A stretch of 63,232 bases of DNA, the filler included, from Actinomycetota bacterium (GTDB taxonomy: Bacteria > Actinomycetota > Actinomycetes > JAKEEW01), in the NCBI GenBank assembly GCA_046725875.1. It is 5 parts of 5 records of this genome, joined end to end, with 100 filler letters (N's around TTAATTAATTAA, not from the genome) between each part and the next. Parts side by side here need not be neighbours in the genome. Positions count along the whole stretch, not along the records: positions 1 to 18,589 come from JBKOZJ010000183.1; 4 more parts are not named here. One strand, written 5' to 3'. Shown piece by piece: positions 1 through 8,812 of the stretch. The position numbers were made by a program, and so were the translations under genes. The notes under the pieces are model-generated. The model was not told the DNA's origin. It saw nothing but the letters and a program-made list of their open reading frames with translations, and made no database searches. Positions within the stretch are counted from its first letter, which is position 1. Each line of letters starts with the position of its first letter.

Positions 1-1
1 G

Positions 2-418
2 GAGATCGGGGTATCAGAGCGGATAGTGGAGGCCGAGCGGGACGGGTGGATCCTGGTTGTTGCTGCCTGGCCCGAACACATCCCCGCGGTTATGGCCGCA
101 AAATTCGCGCAGCTCGATGACCCGCAACTCGTTCGGCTCTACCGGATCCTGTCGGAGATCATCGAAAACGACGACGCAGGCGACGACGACCCGCGTCTGG
201 CAGAAGCCGCCGATATCATGGCCGGCCTGGCCGAGCAGGCATACACCTCCGGCGAGATCAACCCCGACGAGGTCGCGCACGACGACCTACCGATTGACCT
301 TCTGGACGCACTTGCCGTCGAGTCCGACCCGCGGGCGGAGCGGCTGCTGGACCTGATGCGCGAGCGCGGCTGGGCCGGTTGGAACCGGATGGAGCGGCTG
401 GCGGAGCCCCCCGACTAA
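2..418 (+). CDS. MerR-family transcriptional regulator, C-terminal part (5' truncated by window edge)
   Basis: Frame is open from position 2 (EIGVSERIVEAERDGWILV...LMRERGWAGWNRMER) and resembles the C-terminal domain of actinobacterial MerR regulators; the HTH is outside the window. Confidence 0.6.
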   Translation, partial: EIGVSERIVEAERDGWILVVAAWPEHIPAVMAAKFAQLDDPQLVRLYRILSEIIENDDAGDDDPRLAEAADIMAGLAEQAYTSGEINPDEVAHDDLPIDLLDALAVESDPRAERLLDLMRERGWAGWNRMERLAEPPD

Positions 419-539
419 CCTGCGAGCGTCGTTTCACACCTGGACGTGGACTACTCATGTCGGCGGGCGACGGGGTGCAGGACCAGGCTGGTGGAGCGCG
501 GCACAAGGCCGGCGTCGCCCCGAGACAGCAGGATGGCAG

Positions 540-876
540 CCAGCCACTGTCCGGCTCCATGAGCGCGCCGCTGACCGCCTCGGCGGCGACGTCGATGACG
601 GCACCGGCGAACGTGTCCGGGCCGACGTGGTCGTCGGGCCCGGCGTCGTCCAGTTCGGCCAGGATCCTGCCGAGGCGGAGACAGACCTGGTCCTCCAGGT
701 TCGCATCGGACAGGGTGGCCGCCAGCCCGACCAGGTCCGAGATCATGGGTCGGGCCGCCGCAGCGGCCAGAGCCGCTCGCCGCTCATCCATCTGGCGGCG
801 GTACCCGGCGAACCCCGCCAACGCCGCGGCCACCTCCTCCTGCTGCCGGTAGCCGGGGCCGTGACGCCTCGCCGGC
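540..876 (-). pseudogene. Internal fragment of a hypothetical protein gene
   Basis: Protein-like stretch GYRQQEEVAAALAGFAGYRRQMDERR...GALMEPDSGW inside ORF 258..1100, with no credible start or stop. Confidence 0.4.
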
Positions 877-1227
877 CTGCCATCCTGTCCGGCCACACCA
901 CGCGGCACGCCCTGACGATCACGAAAACCGGCACCGAGGTGATCGAGCGCGAGCGGGTCGCTGGTCGCGGACCTCATCGACCCGGTCACGGGCCAGATCG
1001 TCGGAGGGTACGTCGGTCCCACCACCTTGGAGCTGATCATCAGGGCCGTTGCGCCGGGCGTGACCACCGACGTTCCCGTCCTGGTCGGTACGACAAGCAT
1101 CCGCCCCGAGCTCGGTTACGCCGTCCCGCCCGGCGAGTGGGCCGCGAAGGTCACTCTGGGCCTGGCCGAGCAAACCGTCAGCACACCGCCCCTTCCGATC
1201 ACCGTCACCGACTCTCCCGAAAAGTAG
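876..1227 (+). pseudogene. Frameshifted 3' fragment of an actinobacterial hypothetical protein
   Basis: SGHTTRHALTI in one frame continues after a shift near 945-950 as LVADLIDPVTGQIVGGYVG...VLVGTTSIRPELGYAVPPGEW to the stop at 1227. Confidence 0.45.
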
Positions 1228-1239
1228 CCAGGACATGGG

Positions 1240-1381
1240 GCGACAGTCCGCTCTGCACGGAGCAGATTCAGGTCTTGCCTATCCCGTTCGGGCCAGTAAC
1301 AACGGTCAGGCCCTGGCCGACCTCCAGGTCCAGTGTGTCGAAGGACAGGAAGTCGCAAGCTTGCATCTTCGTCAACCGCAC
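1240..1381 (-). pseudogene. N-terminal remnant of an SMC/RecF/OLD-type ABC ATPase
   Basis: GAGGT RBS and GTG at 1381 give MRLTKMQACDFLSFDTLDLEVGQGLTVVTGPNGIGKT*, with Walker A GPNGIGKT; NLLRA follows in a shifted frame. Too short for the ORF track. Confidence 0.75.
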
Positions 1382-1747
1382 CCGTATACACCTCACGAGG
1401 TTGTCCCAGTAGTTGTGGTTTGGATGGTGGCGGTCGCCCACCGAGCCTTGCCTTGCGGTACGTGTTCGGGGTGACCTGCGAAGTCAATTCGATCCGGGCG
1501 GGGACTACCACGATGGGAGGAAGCTATCTGTCATCACTGTCGGCGAGCGAGCGGAATTGGCGCGGCTCGGCCCAGGACTGGGCTCCGCGATCGCCGTCCG
1601 CTTCCTCGCGTGGGCGTAGGAGTACACGACCGTGCCGAGGAATCCCCGAGACGGCCCAGGGCGGCGGCCGTCAGCAGCAGTAGGTGAAGGCGTCCTGGGA
1701 TTCTAGGGGGTCCGTTCCGTCAGGATGGACCTCTGTTGGAGAGGTCG

Positions 1748-2900
1748 CTAGGCCCCGCGATCCTCGGCTGATGGGGCACCTGCGCTCGCCCGCGGCGGAG
1801 CGTCGCCAACGTCGTCTGCCTCGGCGCGCATGTCGGCCATCAGGGTCTCGAGCAGCCGGTAGGCGGGGGTGCGCTCGAGCCGGTTGCGGCCGAGATCGTA
1901 CCGGCGGGTGGTGCGGGGGTCGGCGTGGCCGAGGTAGTCCTGCACCTCGTGCAACGGGACGCCCTCGTTGAGGGCGAGGGTGGCCATCGACCGGCGGATC
2001 GAGTGCGGGGCCAGCCGGCTCGCGTGCGGGATGCCTGCGGGCGCGGGCGACCCGTTGCAGCAGCCGGTACACGCTCGGCTGGTCGAGCGGCCGGCCGGTG
2101 GTGGTGGCGAACAGCGGCGCGTCTGCGCCCACCGGGCCGCGGTCGCCGAGGTAGGTATCGAGGGCGTCGTTGACCGCCGGGGGCAGCGCGAACCGGCGGG
2201 TGGCGCCGCCCTTGACGGTCAGGTCGATCACCTGATGCCCCGAGTCGTAGCCGAGGTTGCCAACGGTCGCCCGCAGAATCGACCCCACTCGTCCGGCGGT
2301 GGCGACCAGCAGCATCAGAAGGGCGAAGGTACGCGGCGACTCGTGCGCCCTGGCGTGGGCGAGCAGCCGGGCCAGCTCGGCGCGGGACAGGCCACGGGTC
2401 GCGGTGTCGTCGCCGACCCGGGGCCGGTCCATTCCGTCCAGCGGATTGCCCGCGGTGAGGCGGGCCCGGCCGTGCAAGTACCGGTACCAGGAGGAGACTA
2501 CGGCCAGCCGGCGGGCGACGGTCGAGTCGGCGAGGCCGAGCTCGCGCAGCGCCCCGGCGTACAGGTCCGCCACGGCCGGCCCGGCCTGCGCCGGGTGGAC
2601 GCCGCGGAGCACGCAGAACTTGACCCACCGGGACAGGTCCTGGGCGTACGCCTGCCGGGTGCGGGCGGACGCGCGGCGGCCGGAGATCATCCAGGTGCCG
2701 GTCGCTTCGACCAACTCGGGGTCGGCGCCGAGCTTGCGCAGGTACGAGGCGAGCCCGGCCGCGGTCCGCACCGGCGGCTGGCCCGCCAGCGGCGGCCGGG
2801 CCCGAAGCCGCGCCGGCGCCACCACCGCGCCGGGAACCGACGGTGCCGGAAGGTCGCCGGGACCGTTCTCGGGGTGCCGTTCGAAGGAGATCACGACCAC
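1748..2900 (-). pseudogene. XerC/XerD-like tyrosine recombinase with a +1 frameshift near 2040
   Basis: SAM-like N-domain (TRQAYAQDL, STVARRLAVVSSWYRYL, NPL), catalytic R (AGRVGS) and K (VKGG); removing one C (GCC C GCA) restores AGIPHASRLAPHSIRRS...LGHADPRTTRRY (HxxR, H, Y). Confidence 0.9.
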
Positions 2901-2924
2901 ATGATAAGGTCGCTTATCATGCAT
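2897..2924. other. Candidate dif-like recombination site (11-6-11)
   Basis: CCACATGATAA-GGTCGC-TTATCATGCAT; perfect CATGATAA/TTATCATG inverted arms around a 6-bp spacer, overlapping the recombinase start. Confidence 0.7.
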
Positions 2925-3122
2925 CGATCTCGCGGCTGGCCAACCTGATCCGGAGACTCGGCGAGCCGCCGACAGAACCCAAGGGATGACCGACCCGGTT
3001 CGCGGTGCTTTGGGAGGAAGCAACCGCCGGTGACCTTGCTGAGGTCCGCGCTCACGCAACTGTCTCGACATCAAGACGATCCGACGCGCGGTCGGTTTTC
3101 GTGTTCGAGCCCGTCGGTCTGC

Positions 3123-3806
3123 TTAGCCGGTCGGCGCGGACAGGTCGATCACCTGGTTGGCTGGCGGGGTTTTGATGGAGACGGGCTCGCCCCAGTCACG
3201 GAACTCGATGGTGTCGCCCCAGGGGGCCACGACCTGCGTCGGAAGCGGCTTGCCCTCGACCGGAATCCGCAGCGTCCAGCCGCTCACGGTGTCGATGAGC
3301 CCGATCGCCTCCTCACCGTTGATCGTCTTGGTCTCGCCCTTCGTGGTGAGGCCGTCTTTCATGATCTCCTTTTGGACGAACCTGTCCCAGTCGACGAATC
3401 CGCGCAGGTCCGCGAGCTCATCCGCGGTGGTGGGGACCTTCACGTATCGGCCCTCGAGCACCTCACTGAGAGCGGCGTTGCGGGTGAGCGCAGTCCATGA
3501 CTCCTTGTCCGCCTTTATGAAGAAGGCGTCGCCTGCGAGCAGCATCTCGATGGTGGCGCCTTCCGCGGTCAGCGTGCCGGTCGACCCGGTCTCGGAGACC
3601 TGGAGGTCGACTTTGAAAGTGGTACCTCGGTCGATGGTGTCTCCGGTCGCGTGAACCGACTTCGCCGCCGCCACCGCCGCGTTCGTCTTATCGAAGATCT
3701 CGTCTGCGCTGAGGCTGGCAAGGTTCTCGCCGTCGCCCGCGCAGGCGACCAGGCCCGCTCCGGCCAGGCATGCTAAGAGCAGCCGTGCGCGACGTGCTGT
3801 CGTCAT
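3123..3806 (-). CDS. Lipoprotein (LppX/LprAFG/LolA-like fold likely)
   Basis: MTTARRARLLLACLAGAGLVAC signal peptide with lipobox; AAKSVH..G and C-terminal DWGEPVSIKTPP..VID pattern. Confidence 0.7.
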   Translation of the reverse strand: MTTARRARLLLACLAGAGLVACAGDGENLASLSADEIFDKTNAAVAAAKSVHATGDTIDRGTTFKVDLQVSETGSTGTLTAEGATIEMLLAGDAFFIKADKESWTALTRNAALSEVLEGRYVKVPTTADELADLRGFVDWDRFVQKEIMKDGLTTKGETKTINGEEAIGLIDTVSGWTLRIPVEGKPLPTQVVAPWGDTIEFRDWGEPVSIKTPPANQVIDLSAPTG

Positions 3807-4011
3807 CGGCTTCTCCAGGGTCGGCTCGAGTGTCGGCACAGGCCGCGGTGGTGAGGGCTCCCAGCCACCAAGGTCGACGGTGAGCCTAGACCTACTCGGC
3901 GACTGAGACGGCATCGGACCCGGTCGGCGGCTACCGCGGGGCGTATGGGCCGCGCCGGGCGATCACCACACGGCAACCTGACTGGAGCCCAATCACCGTC
4001 GGCGGGTGGGC

Positions 4012-4194
4012 GAGCGCCAGAATTTGTTGTTTGGATCGTCCTCTTCGACCTGCTCGCGAATATGGGCGAACACCCGATCGCTTGTCCCTTGCCGACGTAG
4101 AAGGTTTCGCCGTTGCGAGGGTCGATGAGCCGATACACATAGGTCTTGACTTCTCCGCGACACCAGGGGGAAACGCGTTGACGTCTTCGGTCAC
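4012..4194 (-). pseudogene. LEM-3-like GIY-YIG endonuclease remnant (two -1 frameshifts, truncated)
   Basis: Three frames stitch to MTEDVNAFPPGVAEK(L)KTYVYRLIDPRNGETFYVGKGQ(G)DRVFAHIREQVEEDD, giving YVY...YVG...R GIY-YIG motifs. Confidence 0.8.
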
Positions 4195-4546
4195 CTCGTG
4201 CTCCTCCCTGTGCCTGGTTCGAGCGACGCACAAAGCGGTCGGAGGCCGGCCAGGTGGGTATCACCCCTGTGGCCTCCGCTGTACTTGTCGCAGCTGATCC
4301 GCTGCCAGGCGACCAAGATGACGACTCGGCGGGAGATCCGGCCCTCACCGCAGCGCTCTCCAAGCAGGTCAAGGTGTCGGCGGGCGCGACCGGTGGCTGC
4401 GGTGAGCCGGCCGGCGGAAGTAGCCATGCGAGCGGTTGCGGCGCGGCCAGCCCGGGCGGATCGAAGTGCCTGTGAAGTACATTCCGCGGCGGTCTTGCCC
4501 TCTGTTGCGACGTTCGTACGATCCGATCGTGCGGTCAGATCGATCG

Positions 4547-5008
4547 ATGCGCGCGGAGCCCGCTCCCGTGGTGCGGACTCCGAACCGTCGGTTGCGGGGG
4601 TTGCGAGAGCGTCGAAACGAGTCCCGCGCGGAGTTCGCTCGTGCGCTGCGGGCGCAGGCGGCGGCGTTGGGGGAGAACGTGGCGATCGGTGAGCGTCAGG
4701 TGGCCCGGTGGGAGCGGGGCGAGGTGCGGTGGCCGCGAGGGGCCTACCGGCGAGTGCTGTCGGCATTGCTTGGTGTCGAGGTCGGTGCGCTCGGTTTTGA
4801 GCCGCCGCAGGAGGTGGCGGAGGCGATGTCCCAGGCGCCGCCTAGCCCCCTTCCGATGCGTCGGCTGGTTGGCGCACCGACCACACCGGTGGCCCCACGA
4901 ATACGAGAGCCGGCAGGTCATGGCCGATCCGGGTCCATGCGTGTGTCTCCCGACAAGGCCGGCGCCGTGTCGTCGAGCGTCGAATGTCCCACGTCGCCCC
5001 CGACATAG
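4547..5008 (+). pseudogene. XRE-family HTH regulator, probably truncated after the HTH domain
   Basis: PNRRLRGLRERRNESRAEFARAL...VARWERGEVRWPRGAYRRVLSALLG...LGF; the tail degenerates and overlaps an opposite-strand fragment. Confidence 0.7.
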
Positions 5009-5069
5009 ACCGCCTCCACCGCGACGTACCTCTGGCGTGCCTCCTCGACCGCGACCCAGAGGGCGCGCA

Positions 5070-5381
5070 GATCAGCGGGGCCGTTCCCATGAGCATCGCG
5101 GCCCGCGTTGGCCCGGCATGGCGGACAGAGAGCGTCAGTAGGATCTGCGAGGCGCCCGGAGCGATCAGTCCCGCCGCGAAAAAAGGCCAGAGCTCAGCGC
5201 GGTCGACGTCCGCACCGGCGAGCGAGGGCGCCGCAACCACGGTCGAAATGGCGACCGCCAGGGTCGTGGCAACAAGCGCGGCCACCTCGGAGTCGCCGCC
5301 GCCGCGGAGGCCCCACCGCACAGCCACCGCAAGTGCGCCGAAGGACGCGCCGGCGAGCGCGGCAAACAGGAGCGCAGCCAC
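5070..5381 (-). pseudogene. EamA/DMT transporter (PecM-like), only the first ~104 aa remain
   Basis: Hydrophobic EamA repeat ending HAGPTRAAMLMGTAPLI, then an abrupt switch to unrelated sequence. Confidence 0.75.
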
Positions 5382-5401
5382 TTATTCTCGTACTCCCAAT
5401 T

Positions 5402-5419
5402 TACCTTTCTAGAAAGCAA
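5402..5419. promoter_or_regulatory. MarR/PecS-type operator palindrome
   Basis: TACCTTTCTAGAAAGCAA contains the perfect palindrome CTTTCTAGAAAG (CTT-N6-AAG), between the divergent EamA and MarR genes. Confidence 0.6.
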
Positions 5420-5444
5420 TCTCGATAGATAGTACGCTTGCCTG

Positions 5445-6028
5445 ATGCAGCAGTGGGATCACGTCCACCACGTGGTCGAGCAGTGGCGACGCGCGGCGCC
5501 CGAACTCGACCGGTCGGCATTTGCTGTCGTTGGCCGCATCTCTCGGGTAGCCCAGCTGCTGCAGGCTGACCTGGAGCGCGTGTTCGCCGGGCACGGGGTG
5601 AACGGAGGAGAGTTCGACGTCCTCGCCGCCCTCCGCCGGCGCGGACGGCCCTACCGACTAACCCCTACCGAGCTGGGCAAAGCGCTCGTCGTCTCGAGCG
5701 GCGGGATGACCAAGCGCCTCAGGATGCTCGAAGCTCGTGGACTGATTCGCCGGCAGCCAGCCCCAAACGACGGTCGATCGACGACCGTGTCGCTAACGCG
5801 CAAGGGGAAGGTTTGGTTGACGTGATCCTGCCCGAGCACGTGGCCAATGAAGAGCGACTACTCAGCGGTCTGACCGACGAGGAGCACGGGGTACTCGCAA
5901 GCCTCCTCGAGACACTGGCCATCTCACTCGGCGATGACGCGGACGAGCGCGTCGACGGTGTCGCGCGACCCGGCCGGCACCGACGCGCAGCGGTCAGGAA
6001 ACGATCTCGGCTTCGGCCGTCCGCCTAA
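5445..6028 (+). pseudogene. MarR-family regulator (PecS/TamR/UrtR type) with a 1-nt deletion near 5811
   Basis: EQW...PELD, GEFDVLAALRR.G.PY.L.P.EL, SGGMTKRL, DGR; ORFs 5445..5825 and 5813..6028 are the two halves. Confidence 0.85.
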
Positions 6029-6190
6029 CATGCGCCACTTCTGGAGATATCCCGACCGGCTAGTGCGGCTGGCTTGATGTGGTTTCAGCACCACGGGCTG
6101 ACGAGGCGTGCGTACGCAATGGACAGTGATGGCTGTGCCGTGCACCGTGACCCTCCGCGAACCCGCGTTTGATTACACGCCCGGTCGGGA

Positions 6191-7186
6191 TTAGTCAGCG
6201 AGCACTTCCGGGAAGCCGAACATCACGACCAGCGCCGGATCGTGGAACGCGATCACGCGGCAGACGCCGGTGGCGGTTGGGGTCAGCACCACGATGTCGT
6301 TTGCCCGGAACACGCCGTCCGCGTCCCGGTGGTACACGACGGCGGCGGGCTCGCCGTTGGCTGTAGTAGCGATCATCCGCCAGTCGCCCGGCGCGCCCAG
6401 CACGTACGCGTCGAGCATGTGGATGCAGTTCACCCGTCCGGCCTGCCATTCGCGGAATGGCGTCGCCTCCAGCGTGGCATCCGTTCGCAGCACCTGTTCC
6501 AGCAGGCTGGCGTCGGAGCGCTCGAAGGCTGCGATGTAGCCGTCGAGCAGCGCACGCGCCCGCTGGTCGGTCGGTTCGAGCAGTTCCTCAGGCTCCGGGT
6601 CCAGTTCGTCCAGCCGGGCGCGGGCGCGCTGCAGACCGCTCTTGACCGCTGCCGTAGTGGTGTCGAGGATCTCCGCGGTTTCAGCCGTGGAGAACGCCAG
6701 CACCTCGCGCAGGATGAGGATCGCGCGCTGGCGGGCGGGCAGGTGCTGCAGGCTCGCGATGAGCGCCAACCGCAACGACTCGCGTGCGACCACTACGGCG
6801 GCCGGATCGTCGGCGGCCGGGGCGATCCATCGGTCCGGTAGTGGTTCCAGCCACGAGACCTCGCCGGGCGCAACGGGACTCGGCGGCCGATCGGGTCCAC
6901 CGTAAGGACCCGCCAGCCCGGAGGGCAGCACCCGGATCCGGCGCGGCTCCAGCGCAGTCAGGCAGACATTGGTGGCGATCTTGTAGAGCCAGGACCGAAT
7001 CGATGCGCGGCCCTCGAAGCCGGCGTAGGAACGCCAGGCCCGAAGATACCTTTCCTGCACCAGGTCCTCGGCGTCGTGCGCCGAGCCGACCATGCGGTAA
7101 CAGTGCGCCAACAGCTCCCGGCGGAACCGCTCGGTCTCGGCTGCGAACCGGTCCTGGTTCGTCGCCTCCCGCACGTGCGCTGTCAT
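6191..7186 (-). CDS. ECF sigma factor with SnoaL-like C-terminal domain (SigG/ECF56 type)
   Basis: ELLAHCYRMVGSAHDAEDLVQE, WLYKIATN, WLEPLPD, LQHLPARQRAILILREVL, C-terminal ANGEPA. Confidence 0.9.
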   Translation of the reverse strand: MTAHVREATNQDRFAAETERFRRELLAHCYRMVGSAHDAEDLVQERYLRAWRSYAGFEGRASIRSWLYKIATNVCLTALEPRRIRVLPSGLAGPYGGPDRPPSPVAPGEVSWLEPLPDRWIAPAADDPAAVVVARESLRLALIASLQHLPARQRAILILREVLAFSTAETAEILDTTTAAVKSGLQRARARLDELDPEPEELLEPTDQRARALLDGYIAAFERSDASLLEQVLRTDATLEATPFREWQAGRVNCIHMLDAYVLGAPGDWRMIATTANGEPAAVVYHRDADGVFRANDIVVLTPTATGVCRVIAFHDPALVVMFGFPEVLAD

Positions 7187-7417
7187 GCCGCGAGCTTAGG
7201 CCGCGGCCAGTCGGCCAGATGCGCGATGGCATCCCAGTCGTTTGTCGACGGGTGGTTGTCTCGCGGCCTCCGCTCGTGGTCCGCCGCCGGAACCGTCAAC
7301 CACCGCCGGTACAGCTCCACTACCGCCGCGGATTGCTTGCATGCCATGCGCTGCTCCTTGTCCGGACCAGTCCCGCCGGTCGGGACCTCGCCCATCAGCG
7401 GTGTTGTGCCGGTGTGC

Positions 7418-8410
7418 TCAGGGCAGCAGGGCCAGTTTGCCAATCGTGGCGCGGGTTTCCAGTTCCGCGAGGGCCTTTGGACCGTCGGCCAAGTCGTAGG
7501 CGGTGGGGCGAGTGGGGGTGAGGACGCCGGCGGTAACGAGGGCGGATAGCTCACCCATGAGCTCGCCGAAGATCTGGGGTGCGGCCTGGATCAGCACGCC
7601 GATGTTGAGGCCGATGATGTGGACCTGGTGTTTGTACACCAGCTCCCAGTTGGTGATCGCGGCCTCGCCGCCTGCCATGCCGTAGACGACGACCCGACCG
7701 GTGACCCGCTTGGCCGCGGCCAGGCTGGCATTGAAGGTGGCACCACCCGCCGACTCCAGCACCAAATCGGCACCTGCACCACCAGTCAGCCGTAGCACCT
7801 CGGCGGCGAGGTCGCCATCGAGGGAGTCCATGACATGATCGGCGCCGAGTGCCAGCACTGTCTCGTGCTTGCCCGGCGAGGCGGTGGCGATGACCGTTGC
7901 GCCGTAGTGCTTGGCCATGGTCATCGCGGCCTGGCCGGTCGCGCCAGCCGCAGCGTGGACCAGCACGGTCTCCCCGGTGGCGATGTGGCCCAGGGGCTTG
8001 AGCGCGGCCAGCGCGGTGGGCCAGTTCACGACCAGGCCTAGCGCCTGCTCGGCTGTCCAGCTGGCCGGCACCGGCGTCGCCGCGGCCGCGGGCAGGACCA
8101 TGTACTCGGCGAAAGCCCCGGATCCGACGCCGATGACGCAAGTCCCCCGTCGTGGGCCGGTCACCGCCTCGCCCGCCGCCACGACCTCGCCGGCGGCCTC
8201 GAAACCCGCCAGATACGGTGGCAGCGGGCCGCCCAGGAACGTGCCGTAGGACTTCGAGATGTCGGCGAAGTTGACACCGGCGGCGGCGACCCGGATCAGG
8301 ACCTCGCCCTGGCCAGGGCTCGGTACCGGTGCGTCGGTGATCAAACGCATATCCTGCGGACCCTTCAGCGAGGTCTGCTGCAGGGCGCGCATGGTGGCGG
8401 GAATGCTCAC
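7418..8410 (-). CDS. NADPH:quinone oxidoreductase (MDR/zeta-crystallin family)
   Basis: EVLIRVAAAGVNFAD, GFEAAGEV, VLVHAAAGATG, C-terminal IGKLAL. Confidence 0.9.
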   Translation of the reverse strand: MSIPATMRALQQTSLKGPQDMRLITDAPVPSPGQGEVLIRVAAAGVNFADISKSYGTFLGGPLPPYLAGFEAAGEVVAAGEAVTGPRRGTCVIGVGSGAFAEYMVLPAAAATPVPASWTAEQALGLVVNWPTALAALKPLGHIATGETVLVHAAAGATGQAAMTMAKHYGATVIATASPGKHETVLALGADHVMDSLDGDLAAEVLRLTGGAGADLVLESAGGATFNASLAAAKRVTGRVVVYGMAGGEAAITNWELVYKHQVHIIGLNIGVLIQAAPQIFGELMGELSALVTAGVLTPTRPTAYDLADGPKALAELETRATIGKLALLP

Positions 8411-8477
8411 GGCAACCAGCTCTCTCTTCTTGGCTTGCCTCATCGCGGCTTGCCTCTTCGGCCGGCCGCGTCGACCA

Positions 8478-8508
8478 TGTAGACCTCGGCCACCGCAGAA
8501 AGGAATCG
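8478..8508 (-). promoter_or_regulatory. Candidate SigG/ECF56-type promoter
   Basis: CGATTC-N18-GTCTACA upstream of the oxidoreductase-sigma unit, resembling the SigG consensus CGATGA-N18-GTC. Confidence 0.4.
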
Positions 8509-8812
8509 GCAGCCGCTGAAGCGTCCGAGCTACACCAGCCCGGCCCGCTGCCCAAGCAGCCCTCAAATACGGCTTCGATCGAGAGACCCCGCGCCTGCCC
8601 GTCAGCGTGTCGTCGGCCAGTGACCTCGGCGTCGCGCGCCCGGCGAACCGACAAGCCCAGCTCTTCCAACCAGGACAGGGACTTCCGCGCGTTACGCGCC
8701 GTACTCAACCCGAACGACGTGAAAGCGCGAGGCCAATGGCCAATGGCGTTCGTCGCAGCCGCATTCGCTGCGAGCTCTTCGGCTCCGAGCTCGCCCCTGT
8801 ACGGGTCGGACC

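Noticed and set aside
2036..2044. Possible programmed frameshift in the recombinase
   Set aside because: No slippery sequence; one extra C in a short run fits mutation or sequencing error
8520..8812. Coding-like stretch between the MDR and GH36 genes
   Set aside because: No family can be assigned and there is no start
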